Below, one piece after another: positions 12,115 through 23,639 of a stretch of 27,093 nucleotides of DNA (positions within the stretch are counted from its first letter, which is position 1; every line of letters begins with the position of its first letter). The stretch is from Lama guanicoe (taxonomy: Eukaryota), in contig MU056000.1 in NCBI GenBank assembly GCA_013239625.1, positions 9,618,232-9,645,324 of the forward strand, in the 5' to 3' direction. The position numbers and the translations under genes were made by a program. Below the pieces are notes generated by a model. That model made no database searches, had not been told where the DNA came from, and was given only the letters and a program-made list of their open reading frames with translations.

Positions 12115-12659
12115 AGACAACAAGCTCTTTAAATTGCCTGCGCAGTTCTCAGCATATACTAGGCATTTCGTACACAATAAAACTGATTTGTGAGATTTAA
12201 TTCTCTACAAAATTTTACTTAAAATAATCATTAGCTATATCACATGACTGAGCGTAGCTTGGCAAGAGAATATTCTTCCCATGTGTGTTAAAATTATCTT
12301 ATACAAAACATGTTCTTGTAGAATATTCTTATACAATGTAAAACGTAAGGTCAGGATTTCTCTCACGTCCTTAGGAGGGCACTTAACTAAGTCAACGACT
12401 ATATTAGGTTTTGTAGTCATTCTTAGGAAATCTGACTTCATGACTTAAAAGTGGCCGACAATTTTCGGCACCTGGGCCATGAGAACATATGCTTTTGAAC
12501 AGCCTGGAAGAAGTGTGAAAAGTTTTGGGGAGACTGAGAATCGGAAAGGATGACTTCACTCCTTTACCTCTCACTCGATTGTCTGTCTCTACCTCCAGCT
12601 GCTTCCAAGTCTGTAGGAAATCTGGGTCAACCTTTGTGTTCAGTCGTTGAGTCCATAAG

Positions 12660-12950
12660 TCATTCATGCTATTTTGTGCCAGGCACTCAGCTGAGACAGA
12701 CCCATTCACGAAACTGCTGAGAGACCTACCTTCATGTTATTTTATTCTAGTGGTAGAGACATAAATAAACATGTTGTAAACAAAAAGATAAATGCAAACT
12801 GTGGTAAGTTCTAGGAAGAAAATACCTGAAATAGACAATAAGATGAGGACCTAGTTAACTAGGGTGATCAGAAATGACTGCCCCGAAATCTGAATGTTAA
12901 AAAATAAACAAGCCATGCAATGAGGCTGGCAAGGAATATTCCAGGCAGAT
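12660..12950 (-). mobile_element. L2 3'-end fragment
   Basis: 'cattcatgctattttgtgccaggcact...ccttcatgttattttattctagtggtagagacataaataaac...gtggtaagttctaggaagaaaata...ggaatattccaggcag'. Confidence 0.75.
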
Positions 12951-13369
12951 ATTGGTGCCCTCAAAGCTGGACCTTATCCTTCCATATCTATTTGTACTAG
13001 AAGGGAAATCAAGAATTCTTCAGCACACTATCTCTAATGATAGAACTTCAAAGAGTTGGTTGTTCTCTAAAAAGATATTTAAGCACCTTCCCAGCATCAC
13101 TTAAATGACACCAGAATCCAATTTTGTAGACATTTTCAGTCATATCATATGAATATAAAAAAGTAGATGCCTCAGTATATTGACAGTTAATCAGGGAAAA
13201 AAAAAAAAAAAGGAAGTCTCAATGAACTTTGTATTATAGCCCAAGGCTGTTTGATTACATTTTCAGTGAATAGACCAATTTTTTGTCTAAAATGTCAAAT
13301 ATTTCCTACCCATTCCACAATAGACAGAAATCTTTCTTATACTATTTATTCAACAGTTACAGTGACTAG

Positions 13370-14030
13370 CTAGCCCCAGGTCCTTCTTAGGGTTCCCCTA
13401 CTGGGGAATGACCTTAGGCACTCCTGTTCTGTGTCATGGAAGGAGCCCTCCCTTCCATGTCCCAGAGTCAGACACATGATTGAGCCACAAGCGGAAAGAC
13501 ACAAAGGCAGTGGGTTGCTCGGGGGACCAATGATGAAGCCTACTCCATATAGCCCTGCCTAAGCAGAGGAAAGCTGGACTTAGCTGAGTTAACCAGAGTT
13601 TCCCTCTTGGAAATAAACTGGAAAATAAATAAAGAATCTATAAGTGAGCAGCAAGAGCTAAAGCTGAAAGTAACTGGGCAAGCCAAAGTAATAAAGAGCC
13701 TGCAAAGCCAGATGCTATAGGGGGCAGGTGGGGAACGGAAACAGAGAAGATGCTGGTGCCAGTATGCGTCAGTAGGAAGATGGTCATGCACAAGGAGCAA
13801 AGACCAGCGGAGCACATGAGTGGGGGGACATTAGTGTGGGCGTCAGTCAGTCCAGCTGCTTAAATCCCTGCAGCAGCCTCAGATTCAGTCCCAGCCTTGG
13901 TTAGGGTTAGACCCAGGGTTCCCGTACTTGGATTCCCAGAACATGCCTGCTTCCCTTATTGCCACGTGGGTCCTCACAATAAACACAGCTTGGTCCTCCC
14001 TGTTCACTGAGTAGGAATGACTAAGACTGT
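13370..14030 (+). mobile_element. Ancient solo LTR (LTR78/LTR79/MLT1-like)
   Basis: GC-richer block with 'ccagagtttccctcttggaaataaactg', and AATAAA at about 13978 near the 3' end followed by 'gactaagac'. Confidence 0.5.
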
Positions 14031-14124
14031 CCTTCGACACAAAGAATGCCTAACAGAAATATGCCCAATTGCCAACCTTTCCCCTTTGGAAACAATGAGA
14101 CAATGAAAATGTTACTTATGTAGC

Positions 14125-14220
14125 TATCCTTGCTAAATCTCCAGAGCCTAAAGCAGCGGCTGGCTGGTACCTAGTAAGCACTCAATCAATGTTTGTTTCA
14201 TAAATGAATTGATGACTGAT
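14125..14220 (+). mobile_element. L2 3' tail
   Basis: 'tctccagagcctaaagcag...ctggtacctagtaagcactcaatcaatgtttgtttcataaatgaattgatgactga'. Confidence 0.8.
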
Positions 14221-14540
14221 TAAAAGAAATAAGAAATAACAACAGATATTATTCATTATTTTTTAAAAATGATGTTCCTCTATTCTCAAACCAATGCCTC
14301 TATAAAAAAAATGAAGTTTTAGAAAAACACAGAAATATCATTTTATATCACAATTTCTACAATAATGTACCTTCAGAGGCAGAGAAATGTTAAGAAATCA
14401 GTTCAATATTTTTAGGTCTAAGCTGAGATACAAATAGTGAAAAATGAGCCTCAGAACAAAGTCTAATCTACTCTGTTCCTATCATTGAATGTACAAAAGT
14501 TGTCCCCTGCTTTCTCCAACAGTGAAAGGTGTACTACTCC

Positions 14541-14648
14541 GGGAAGGAAGGATAGAAGGATGGGAGGGAGGTAGGGAGGGAGGAAGGGGGACAGGAAGAG
14601 AAGGTGGGAGGGAGAGTGGGAGGAAGGTCAGGAGGGAAGAAGGAAGGA
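14541..14648. repeat. GA-rich low-complexity (GGAA/GGGA)n tract
   Basis: 'gggaaggaaggatagaaggatgggagggaggtagggagggaggaagggg...gaaggaagga'. Confidence 0.9.
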
Positions 14649-16315
14649 TTAAGGATCATGTATTGTCCTCAACTCCCTTCCCCTTTACCACTTATCTATC
14701 TTTTCACCTCCCTCCTCCCCACCTTTGATTACACATAGCAGAGAAATTATGCAATTATCTTTTCAGGGAGGCCTGTCACCCCAGATGTGGAGACATATTC
14801 CCTGCCCTTCAGAACCCTACTCCTCTCACACTGCCTCACTCTGTTCCCCATGAGCTCTGACAATTAAGTCAAGGTCGTACACTAACGTAAATGAGAAATA
14901 AATTGAAAATTTTGAGTTTAGAGTATTTAGACTGGAACAGACACTGGTCTTTCTTCCTTTCTTATTTTGTTTCTTAAATCATTTTTCCTTGCACACATAG
15001 GGTAAACTGAGAAGGAAAGCTCACCATCTTCCCACTGAAACAGCCCTGAGTTTAGAAAACACTCCTTCATGGAGTTGATTAAACCAGGGAAGCAAATATT
15101 CATAGCTTAGGTTTTTATGCTTATGAGTTCTATTTTTCAAAGAATTTTTGGATTAGTTCAGCTTAAGGGTGGTGTTTGATGGACAGCATTAAATGAAACC
15201 CACAGATAAGAAGTAGTCCCTAAGTGATCCTTATGTCAAACTTGAGAAAAGAACGGAGCTTTGAGTCCATTTCATCTAAGCAATTTCTACTAGAAGTTAA
15301 CAGTGTAAAAGCAGGTTGGCAAATTAGCATAAAAACAAAAGCATATTGAGATACAAATTGTCATTTTCTTGGCTTCATTCAGCCCTAGATATCAGAGGTC
15401 CTCCTAGAGATGTTGAACATGACAATTCATAGCAGGTAATAAACATAAGTTACCCCTTGAGCTCTCTGTGACTTGTTCTAATTGTTTAATTGTAAAATAA
15501 AATCCATGCTCTCTAGCTACATCCAAATAAAATATTTTAGCTATCAACTATAGATGAATTTCTTCTGCAGTATTTTATTCAGAAAAGACAAAGTTTTGTG
15601 TTAAAAAAAAAAAAAGAACCTCTTGTTTTTGTTCCCTACATGGATGCATAAATCACACAATGTAGCAAAACTATTCTTTAAAGTTGCAAAGGAATAGCAA
15701 TAAAAAAAAAAAGTCCTCCATATTTATTTTTCCCCCTTTGAGCTTTAAAAAAAATGGTCAAACTAATTTTTTTTTCCAAAACATTGCTCCTGGGCTTAAT
15801 AGCTCGTACGTAAGTTACATTTCAGCCTTGGAGGGAAATTTGACAACCGAGCTGTACTCAGAAAAACAATGCTATAACGGAGAGCTTAAAGTTGTTAGCT
15901 ACAACTGTACTGTAGTACACAACAATAACATGAATTATGTGTGCATTTTTTGCAGTCAATTTGGGGAACAAAAAGCATGTCTATATGTGCAAATTATCAG
16001 TCTTTACAAAGAGCTCCTTCCTTTGGTTCACCTATATGTGTATATATAATGCCAAAGTAAATACTATGCCATGAGTGTAACTCATTAAACACATACCAAA
16101 GGGGGAAAAAGGAGAGTGTAGTGCAAACATTGTGCAGCATTTAATGTTTTCCAAATAATGACCTGCTGCTATTGAGTTGCTTAAATGATGATAAGACAAT
16201 TTTATATGTAAACATAAAACCAAAATGATAAGAACAATAAAAACAAATCCCCCTTAGAAGGGCTCATACCTGAGGTTAGTACTCATATTTCCCATTGACA
16301 ACCTAAATTTAGACT

Positions 16316-16334
16316 TTTGTTTGTTTGTTTGTTT
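16316..16334. repeat. (TTTG)n microsatellite
   Basis: 'tttgtttgtttgtttgttt'. Confidence 0.8.
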
Positions 16335-16391
16335 ATAGTCTTAGAAGAATTTTCCATGCTGATTCCACAATCTTGCACAAAGTAGATCAGA

Positions 16392-16410
16392 TAGTGCCCC
16401 CCTATGGCAG
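16392..16410 (-). promoter_or_regulatory. Candidate CTCF-binding motif
   Basis: Minus strand CTGCCATAGGGGGGCACTA versus consensus TGGCCACCAGGGGGCGCTA; central positions are suboptimal. Confidence 0.4.
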
Positions 16411-16669
16411 ACTGTAATAGCCGAAGAAGGTTAGCTCCAGGTCACTGCCAATCAGTGCCCCAAGGCAGGGAGGCAGTTATAACCCAGGGATGCCATGAAT
16501 AACAGAAACATCTAGCAGCACTCTCCAAACATCCCTAAACTAATTCCCAAACAATGGAGGACAGTTTTCTCAGTAATTACTTGCCCCCTACAGAAGAGCA
16601 GGGCACAGGGGGTTCCAACCTTGCCCTCAGGGCAGATTGTATGGGATCTGTTGTAGCTTCTCCACACAA

Positions 16670-16765
16670 ACTCCCAGACTTTGGGCAAGTTACTTAAACT
16701 CTGCTTGATGAAGTCTTTTCATCTGATTGTGGTTGCAACAAGGTTATGATACGATTTATTTCCCT
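16670..16765 (+). mobile_element. MIR core fragment
   Basis: 'gactttgggcaagttacttaaactctgc...ttttcatctg' is the MIR core. Confidence 0.7.
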
Positions 16766-17344
16766 GTATGGCAAGCTAATTAATCATATAAAGATGCTAT
16801 AATCTTAAAGCAAAATGTAAAACAGATCCCAAACTCACAAATATGTATATATTCTACGTGTTTCTAAATTTGTTTTAAAACATCTTGTTAAAAAATACAA
16901 AAAAAAAATGCATGCAGTCATATCTGGGTGGTGGGAGTCCCAAGCAAGGGAGAGAGATGTCAGGGCTAACAGACTTTTCACGTAGGAAAGAGAAGTGAGC
17001 TTCTGGTGGGGGAAGGAAACAATACACACAAAAAGGAGAAGCTGCCAATAGAGAGAAGATGACTTTGGCCAGCTAACTTCCCTGTGCTGGAGGGGTGCCT
17101 GGAGGACCAGGAGAAGGAGAGAGGAACCACAATTTGAAAGTGACTGCAGTGTCAGGAGAGAATTGGGTAGATAAAGAACCTCAGGAGTGTCCAAAATTGG
17201 GCTCTATCATTTACTGAATTCTATGAATACATCCTCCATTACATCTCCACCTACTCTTGTTTTGTTTTGTTTACTTCCTCCAACGACAATTGTGAAATTA
17301 TCTATTTTGTATGAAATACAAAATACTGTATTTGGTTTTGTTTC

Positions 17345-17400
17345 TTTTTTTATGTATTGAAATATAGTCTCAGGTATACAGCAAAGTGATTCAGACTTTT
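17345..17400 (-). mobile_element. Tiny L1 3'-end remnant
   Basis: 'ttttttatgtattgaaatatagt...caggtatacagcaaagtgattcag' matches an antisense L1 terminus with an internal deletion. Confidence 0.65.
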
Positions 17401-17469
17401 TTTTATTTTTCAAAGTAAAGAGTCTGGCTCCACTTTGTGATGAATAATTACTCAAAGCTTTCAAGCCTC

Positions 17470-17794
17470 ACATCAGCATCTTCTCTTGTCCACATCTAGG
17501 GGAACTGATAGGAAGTCCCCGTTTTCCCCTCCTGGGTGCCAGTGGGAAGTTCAGACCATGCAACCCCCGGCTCACTCACAGGAACTCCCTTCCCACAATA
17601 AAAATCCAAACTCACTTTTCTTTGCTCTCACAATTCATTTCAGATTTGCCTAGGAGCCTGCTCTGTGTTCCCAGAAAGCTCATTATGTGAGTAATGAATT
17701 TTTCAGACTCTCTGGGTGTCTGTGCGGCCTCTAGACATCTCACCAAGTGTGGGTGGGTGGTCAGTCCTGTCCCTCCACAGGGGAACCGCAAGAC
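17470..17794 (+). mobile_element. MER74-like ERVL LTR (3' portion)
   Basis: 'ggaagttcagaccatgcaa', 'caataaaa', 'ggagcctgctctgtgttcccagaaagctcattatgtgagtaat', ending 'gggaaccgcaagaca'. Confidence 0.75.
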
Positions 17795-17869
17795 AGCAAG
17801 TATTTATGTGGAACATGTTTCTAGAAGTAGATTTACGACACCAACAAGCAGTATAATGTCTCATTTTTC

Positions 17870-19080
17870 CACATCCTTACCAACTAAAAGTGATTTTTTT
17901 AATCTTTTGCATTCTGATGAGCCAAAATGGAAAATAAAGATAGAATTTAATTACATTAACCTGTAATTCTCTGTTTAATGAAGAGTTTGACACTCTTCCC
18001 ATCTATTTTCTAGCCATTTGCAATTCTTTTACTATGTATTGTTTGCATTCTGTTCCTATTTTTCTATTTGTGGAAATACTTTATTAAGAATACTGGTCTT
18101 TTTATGATTGGAATACCGCATTCTATTGATTCTTATTTTGTGGTTGGCTTTATTGCTTTGACAACTATGTAAGTTTAAAAGGCTAAAGCTCTAATCTTTT
18201 CTTGGAAACAATGATCAGGACATATACGTAAACTAAAAAAAAATATGCAGTATATTGTATGTATGTATTTACATGCAATAGAAGGTATATGTGCAGTCAA
18301 GCTGTAATAATTCTACCTAAAATAACAGAAAAAGGGAAAAAAAGGATATTAGTCTTTATCTGTGGCATATATTGCACATATTATCTTATTCTAATTTTAA
18401 TCTTTTAACTTTGTTTACAGTGTCATTTCTGAAGGCAAATTTTTTATCTTTATATAGTCAAACCATTCAACTCTTTTCATTTTATCTTTTTGGTATTCAG
18501 TCGCATTTAAGAAGGACTTCTACATCTTAAGATTATAAATTTGTTTTTCTATACTTTCTTTTAGAAATTTTATAGTTTTAACTTTCTACATTTATACATT
18601 GGATTCATTTGAAAGTAATAGTTTAATATGCTGTGATGTAGTACTTTATTTTTTCTTAATAAGTGCCTAGTTATTTTAATATCACTTAGTAAATAATCTG
18701 AATTTTCTTGCCTGATTTAAAATATCAATTTTATCATATACAAAATTTCCTTATTCTTAATACACACACACACATTTCTGTGCTTTGTTTTGTTTCATTC
18801 ATCTATGTGACTATCCATTGCTTAAAAAAAATCTATTTTTCAAAATTTAATTGTGATCTATTAGGGCATCTTCCCCTCTTCCCCAGGATTTTTTCCCAAA
18901 TTTCAAAATTTTCTAGACTATTATTTGCAATAAACTTTAGCACTAGCTTGTCAGATTCTATACAAATTTCTTTAGTGTTTATTTCTGCCATTGCTTTTTT
19001 AGGTTAATTTTTAAAAATATGATGTTATATTTAGTCTTTCCATTTAAGATATAGAATAATTATTTATTTACTTTTTTTTA
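17870..19080 (-). mobile_element. Old, highly diverged L1M (ORF2 3' region)
   Basis: T-rich; antisense L1 motifs 'tagccatttgcaattcttt', 'atattgcacatatt', 'ttttaactttgtttacagtgtc', 'tatatagtcaaa', 'tttatagttttaactttctacattt', 'aaactttag...gcttgtcagattcta'. Probably interrupted around 18100-18340. Confidence 0.75.
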
Positions 19081-19097
19081 CAATTCCTAGAGTTAAT

Positions 19098-19284
19098 TTG
19101 ACATGTCCTAGATTCTAATAAGTGCATATTTACACATTTACTGTTTTTAAATACAGAACACATATCACTTGAATATGTTTACGGCAGCATTTTACATGTA
19201 TATGTTTATGGTAACATTTCTTTTTATTTTTTCTAGGTGCCATATTTAAATTGTAGGTAGCATTTTAGAGTCAAGAAAATGTTG
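19098..19284 (+). mobile_element. MER104-like non-autonomous TcMar-Tc2 DNA transposon
   Basis: Degenerate inverted ends 'catgtcctagattctaataagtgc' and 'gcattttagagtcaagaaaatg'; interior resembles MER104. Confidence 0.55.
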
Positions 19285-20419
19285 TGCCTAGTAGAAAAAA
19301 AATAGCATTTCTTTAAATATTTTCAAAATATTATTAGATGTTTGATGTACTTTTTGATACTCTTTTTGGTTTATATCTGACTACCTTCATAAGAGTTGGA
19401 TATTATTTTATTGTACAAAATCTATTTTAAAAGTTTGAATTGTACTTCTACTATATTTAGTAATCAGTGGAGAAGCTTGTTATAATCAAACATTATTTAG
19501 CAATCACTTGCTTTATAAACTTGATGTGCGTAGATTAGATTTTCTTAAATAAAAAATCTCCTAGACTCCTTTATTAATGTTTTCTATCAACAGTCTGCCC
19601 ACAAATCAATATTCATGAAACAATTGACTCTTTTGAATTTTACGAACCCTCGATATTGCAATCAGTGGCACTGGTGTTGGGGAACAACCGATTGAGGAAA
19701 GCCGATGTTGTGACAAGAGCATCCGGGATTTGATGACAGAACCATCCTCGTTATTGAGGCTATTTGTCCTCAGGTCAATGAGGCCCAAGAAAATTAGAAG
19801 CCAGGATTCCATAATGAGGAGCAGATAAGTCTAGTCAATATGTGGCAACAAAGTTAATCTCTTTCTAATACAGGCTTAACCTGCTGGTTTTTAAATCAGA
19901 AAAAAAAAATTTTACATGCTCTTTTAATGCTTCTCTGAACTGATGCCACTGGGGAGGTCTAGGATCTAGGAAGTAACAATAATTCTATTTTGAAGTATCA
20001 GGAAGTTTCCTGAGATCTCACAATACAGGACTGCAAAGGAATTATGCTAATAGCAATAACCCAGATATTTCAGCCCCTTTAAAACTTTATCTACCTCTAA
20101 GAATTTTGGAGCAGATCTCCCACTTAGAGCCATGAGGAATTCTGCTCAGTTACATAAAACTTCCACTGTTTCTGCCATCTGCCTCTGTGGGACTTTTTCT
20201 ACTTTCTCCCTCCAGGACTGCTCTAGGTACCTGGGAGCTCCTGGAAACCAGACTTGTATGCCTGAAGCTAAGCAGGAAGATGATGTTGTTTTCCTGGGAT
20301 GCAGGAGATGAAACTACCTTCTCCGGGAGCCGAGGTCCTATGTATGAACAGGAACATGTAGGCTGTCCCTCCCTTCTTCTCCTTTTCTCTAGGACCCAGG
20401 CATGGGTTCTGTCTAATGA

Positions 20420-20520
20420 CGTATTGAATATACACATGTGCTAGGGATTGTTCTAAGAAATACAGATGCAAAAATGAATAAGACATAGACTCTGATTTCC
20501 AAAAGCTCATAGCCTAGTAA
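20420..20520 (-). mobile_element. L2 3'-end fragment
   Basis: 'tattgaatatacacatgtgctagggattgttctaag...aatgaataagacatagactctgatttccaaaagctcatagcctag'. Confidence 0.75.
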
Positions 20521-22869
20521 AGTTGATGCCTATTTCAGAAAAGAAATACAATATAGAAATAGACCCAAATTGCCTGATTGTTTTTTGAATGTTTGAAGAA
20601 GTCATCTCATTTTTAATAGCCACTGCCTCACATTGTCTTGGATGTGGTGTTACTATTTCATCAATGTCTGTCCTTTGGACCCTTGGGAGGCATTACTAGC
20701 TATCGTACAATTCAACCTTCAGACTCAAATCAGGACTTGGGCTCTATCGATGAAGAAAAGGGAAAGCAAGTCCATCCCACTTGTGCAAAGATCCCCTCTC
20801 CGGGCTTGCCCTGCAATCAGGAGTTGCCCAGAGAAGAGAAGTAGTAGTTTGACATTTCTAACATTCCTCTCTTCTGATGTATGTTTCCATCCTAAAATAA
20901 CCCCTTGATTTTCACACATGTGATTTGCCTGGGGTACAGGTAAATCTTATGAAATAGGAGAACATAATAGAAAGCGAAAAATTAAAGAATATAGCTTTTT
21001 GTAGTCACTTATTTTATCTCTTTTCATGTAGTAGGGGAAAAAACAGACAGTCTTCTAGTTTCTGTTTCCATAGGTGAGACAAGCAGAGTGCCCTAGGAGT
21101 CAACCTCTTTTCAAACCAAGTTTAAGTGCTAACTCCAAACCTACTGGTAACATATCTGAAAAACTTGTCTTTGGGGTTTAGGTTCTTGGCATAGGGCCTC
21201 CTCCAGAGTCCCTATACTCTAATTCCTAATTTACAATGCAGTTTCTGAAGAACAATTGTCAAAGCTTCATGCACATTGGAAAAGAGAGATTTTTCTACCC
21301 GCTGCCAAAGGAAAAGTTAAATACCTTATTGAAATGCGTGGCAGAATCCTTTATCATCAGAGGGCAAAAGTTGCTTTCAATTCTTTATTTAAACTCACAT
21401 ATGTTATTACTATCTGACACAGAAAGTAGCTCAAAAACTTTCTAGATGTTTCTTTCACTTCTTAGGGAAAAAATGATGTGTTAATGTTTTCTTTCTTCCA
21501 CAACAGCATCAGACTATAATTACACCAAGTCTCCTTATGCTATAATTAGGGGGAAAGAATGGGGGTGCTTACATGTTTAAATGAAAATTTTAATTCCTCC
21601 AAATCTGCCACAATTTAAAAAAATCTGTTTATCTCATATTCCAAAGTCCCTCATGACATATGCTACCTATGAATAATATTTTTAAACCCACATATGCTAA
21701 GTACACTGTTACTGTTCTCACATTATTAGCCAAGTCAAGTTCTTCACTAATTCTACAGAACAAAATGTTCCCAACACTTGAAGACTCTTGCAAATTTTCA
21801 TATTTTTGAATTAACTTTTACCCTGAAGCTCACAAAATTAATTTTTAAATTCCTTGAGGAAAGTATAAAACCAAAAGCAGATTTAAACAGCAAAGTTTTG
21901 TAACAGCCACTAGGCCTTTTAGCCATAGCTCAAGTTGACTATTTTCATTCAATCTTTTGGTTGACTGCTGCATCAACTTGTATTCCAAGAGATGTTTTGC
22001 CTTCTCATTGGGCCCTTTTGCCTTCTGACCCCATCTACGTAACAGTCAGCAGCTTTTATTTCAATCCGTTTAGCCTCCAACGTCTAAATAAAACTCTAAA
22101 GGAATCATGGGCCAAGCTAAGTAAGGGAAGACACAGAAACAGGAAATCCTCAAATCCCCTTCTTCCCGCCATGCCGTCTTCCAAAGCAGCGCTGCTGTTA
22201 CCATCTCGCTCTGCCATATTCGAACAATCTCTCCTCTCGGGGGCACGCTCATTTGTCCATTTCTATCTTTCTAACCCACTGCCCTATTTATCTTACCTTT
22301 CGCCTTTTCACTCAATTCCTCTCATTTTCTTCTGTCTTGTGAAATGGAGCTACACCAAAACATGCAAGAACTGAAGGAGAGAAAATAAAACGTCTGTCCT
22401 TGGTCTATTATCTGAAGTTTCATTGACTTTTTCTTTTCTTGCACATTTGTTCCTTTTTTCTCCAAATATCTTCAGGTTTGTGTTGCTTTTTTTTCTCTTA
22501 CTCTCTTTCTACTCAACTTATGTCTTTCCCTATCCCCTGAGGGTCACCCTTCATTCGTTGTCTAGCACATTCACCTACCTTGGTAAACTAGATGTGCTTC
22601 AGATGATGGTTAGCCAGCTGTCAACTTCAAGGTAAGATGTATTTTAACAATTTTTCTCTTGCCTTTGTTCTGAATCAAAGGAATTGTTTTAATTTGGAAA
22701 AGTTGAATGATATATGAAATCCTTTGATCTGCAGCATCTCCCATAAATAATGCCATGTAGGTTCTTATGTATATTACCTATACCTAGAGCACTGTGAAAG
22801 ATCCAGTGTCGCTTATCCCCTCCAAAAATAGTTATTGTGTGCAAAGGAGATTAAACCTTAGTAACTCAA

Positions 22870-23415
22870 AACATTCATTCATTGTTCAACAATTACAGTT
22901 ACGTATGGAACCTTCAATATGACAGTTGTACAGCTAGGTATGGGGGATATAAAAATAAAATGTAGTTCCCATCCTCAGGCACAGTCGAGTGAGGGATGCA
23001 CACAGCACCATGTGATCAGCGCCATCACTGTGAACCATTGTTTCATGATATGGCAGTTGGGAGAAAGGTACCTACTCCAGACTGGATGGAGGGAGTCCTA
23101 GAAGGTTTCCAGGTTGAAGGGACAGCCAGGCTGGGCTGAGTTTTGAAAAGCTAAAATGAGACATCCAGACATGAAAATGGAATTGAAAGGGGGTGTTTCA
23201 GAAAGATGTTCTATATTTACAAACATCCTGAAATTACGAGTTCAGATATTGGAAACTGGGGGTATGGGTGGGAATGAGGGAAAAGATGAGGCTGGAAAAG
23301 GAGGAAAGGGCCAGATAATGAAGGGCCTTTTGTACCAAGGTAAAGATTCTGATCTTATCTCAAAGACAGTGGGGAATTACTGAACAATTTACAGCAGAAA
23401 AATAGCACAATCCTG
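22870..23415 (-). mobile_element. L2 3' fragment
   Basis: Starts 'cattcattcattgttcaaca' (antisense L2 tail) and includes 'gggccagataatgaagggccttttgtaccaaggtaaagattctgatcttatctcaaagacagtgggg'. Confidence 0.8.
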
Positions 23416-23464
23416 TGCTACAATGTATTGAAGTCAGGATTATGCAGAGTACAAAAACACCATG

Positions 23465-23635
23465 TTTGAGGACAGACAGATCCAAGTGTGCGTTCCAGCC
23501 CTACTCTTGCACACCTGTGTGCTCTGGGACACATTTGAGATGTCTGATCTCTACTTTCTCCACTGATAAATGGAAACAGAACCTGCGAGGTTGTTGTGGG
23601 GACAGATCACAGATGGGACTTACTTAAACATCTAA
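23465..23635 (+). mobile_element. MIR
   Basis: 'gacagacagatccaagtgtgcgttccagccctact...ctgtgtgctctgggaca...tttctccactgataaatgg...acctgcgaggttgttgtgggga'. Confidence 0.7.
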
Positions 23636-23639
23636 TATG

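Larger units (their letters stand above)
11541..12130. repeat. Target-site duplication flanking the SNORA70-RPL10 retrocopy
   Basis: GACAATAAGCTTTTT (11541-11555) versus GACAACAAGCTCTTT (12116-12130), 13/15 identical. The minus-strand junction TTT|AAAG fits the L1 endonuclease preference. Confidence 0.88.

Noticed and set aside
11627..12193. Plus-strand ORFs of 112 and 75 aa
   Set aside because: Antisense shadows of the RPL10/SNORA70 retrocopy.
20150..20919. Cluster of overlapping 64-95 aa ORFs
   Set aside because: No recognisable homology, mostly non-ATG starts, partial L2 overlap, no consistent splice structure.
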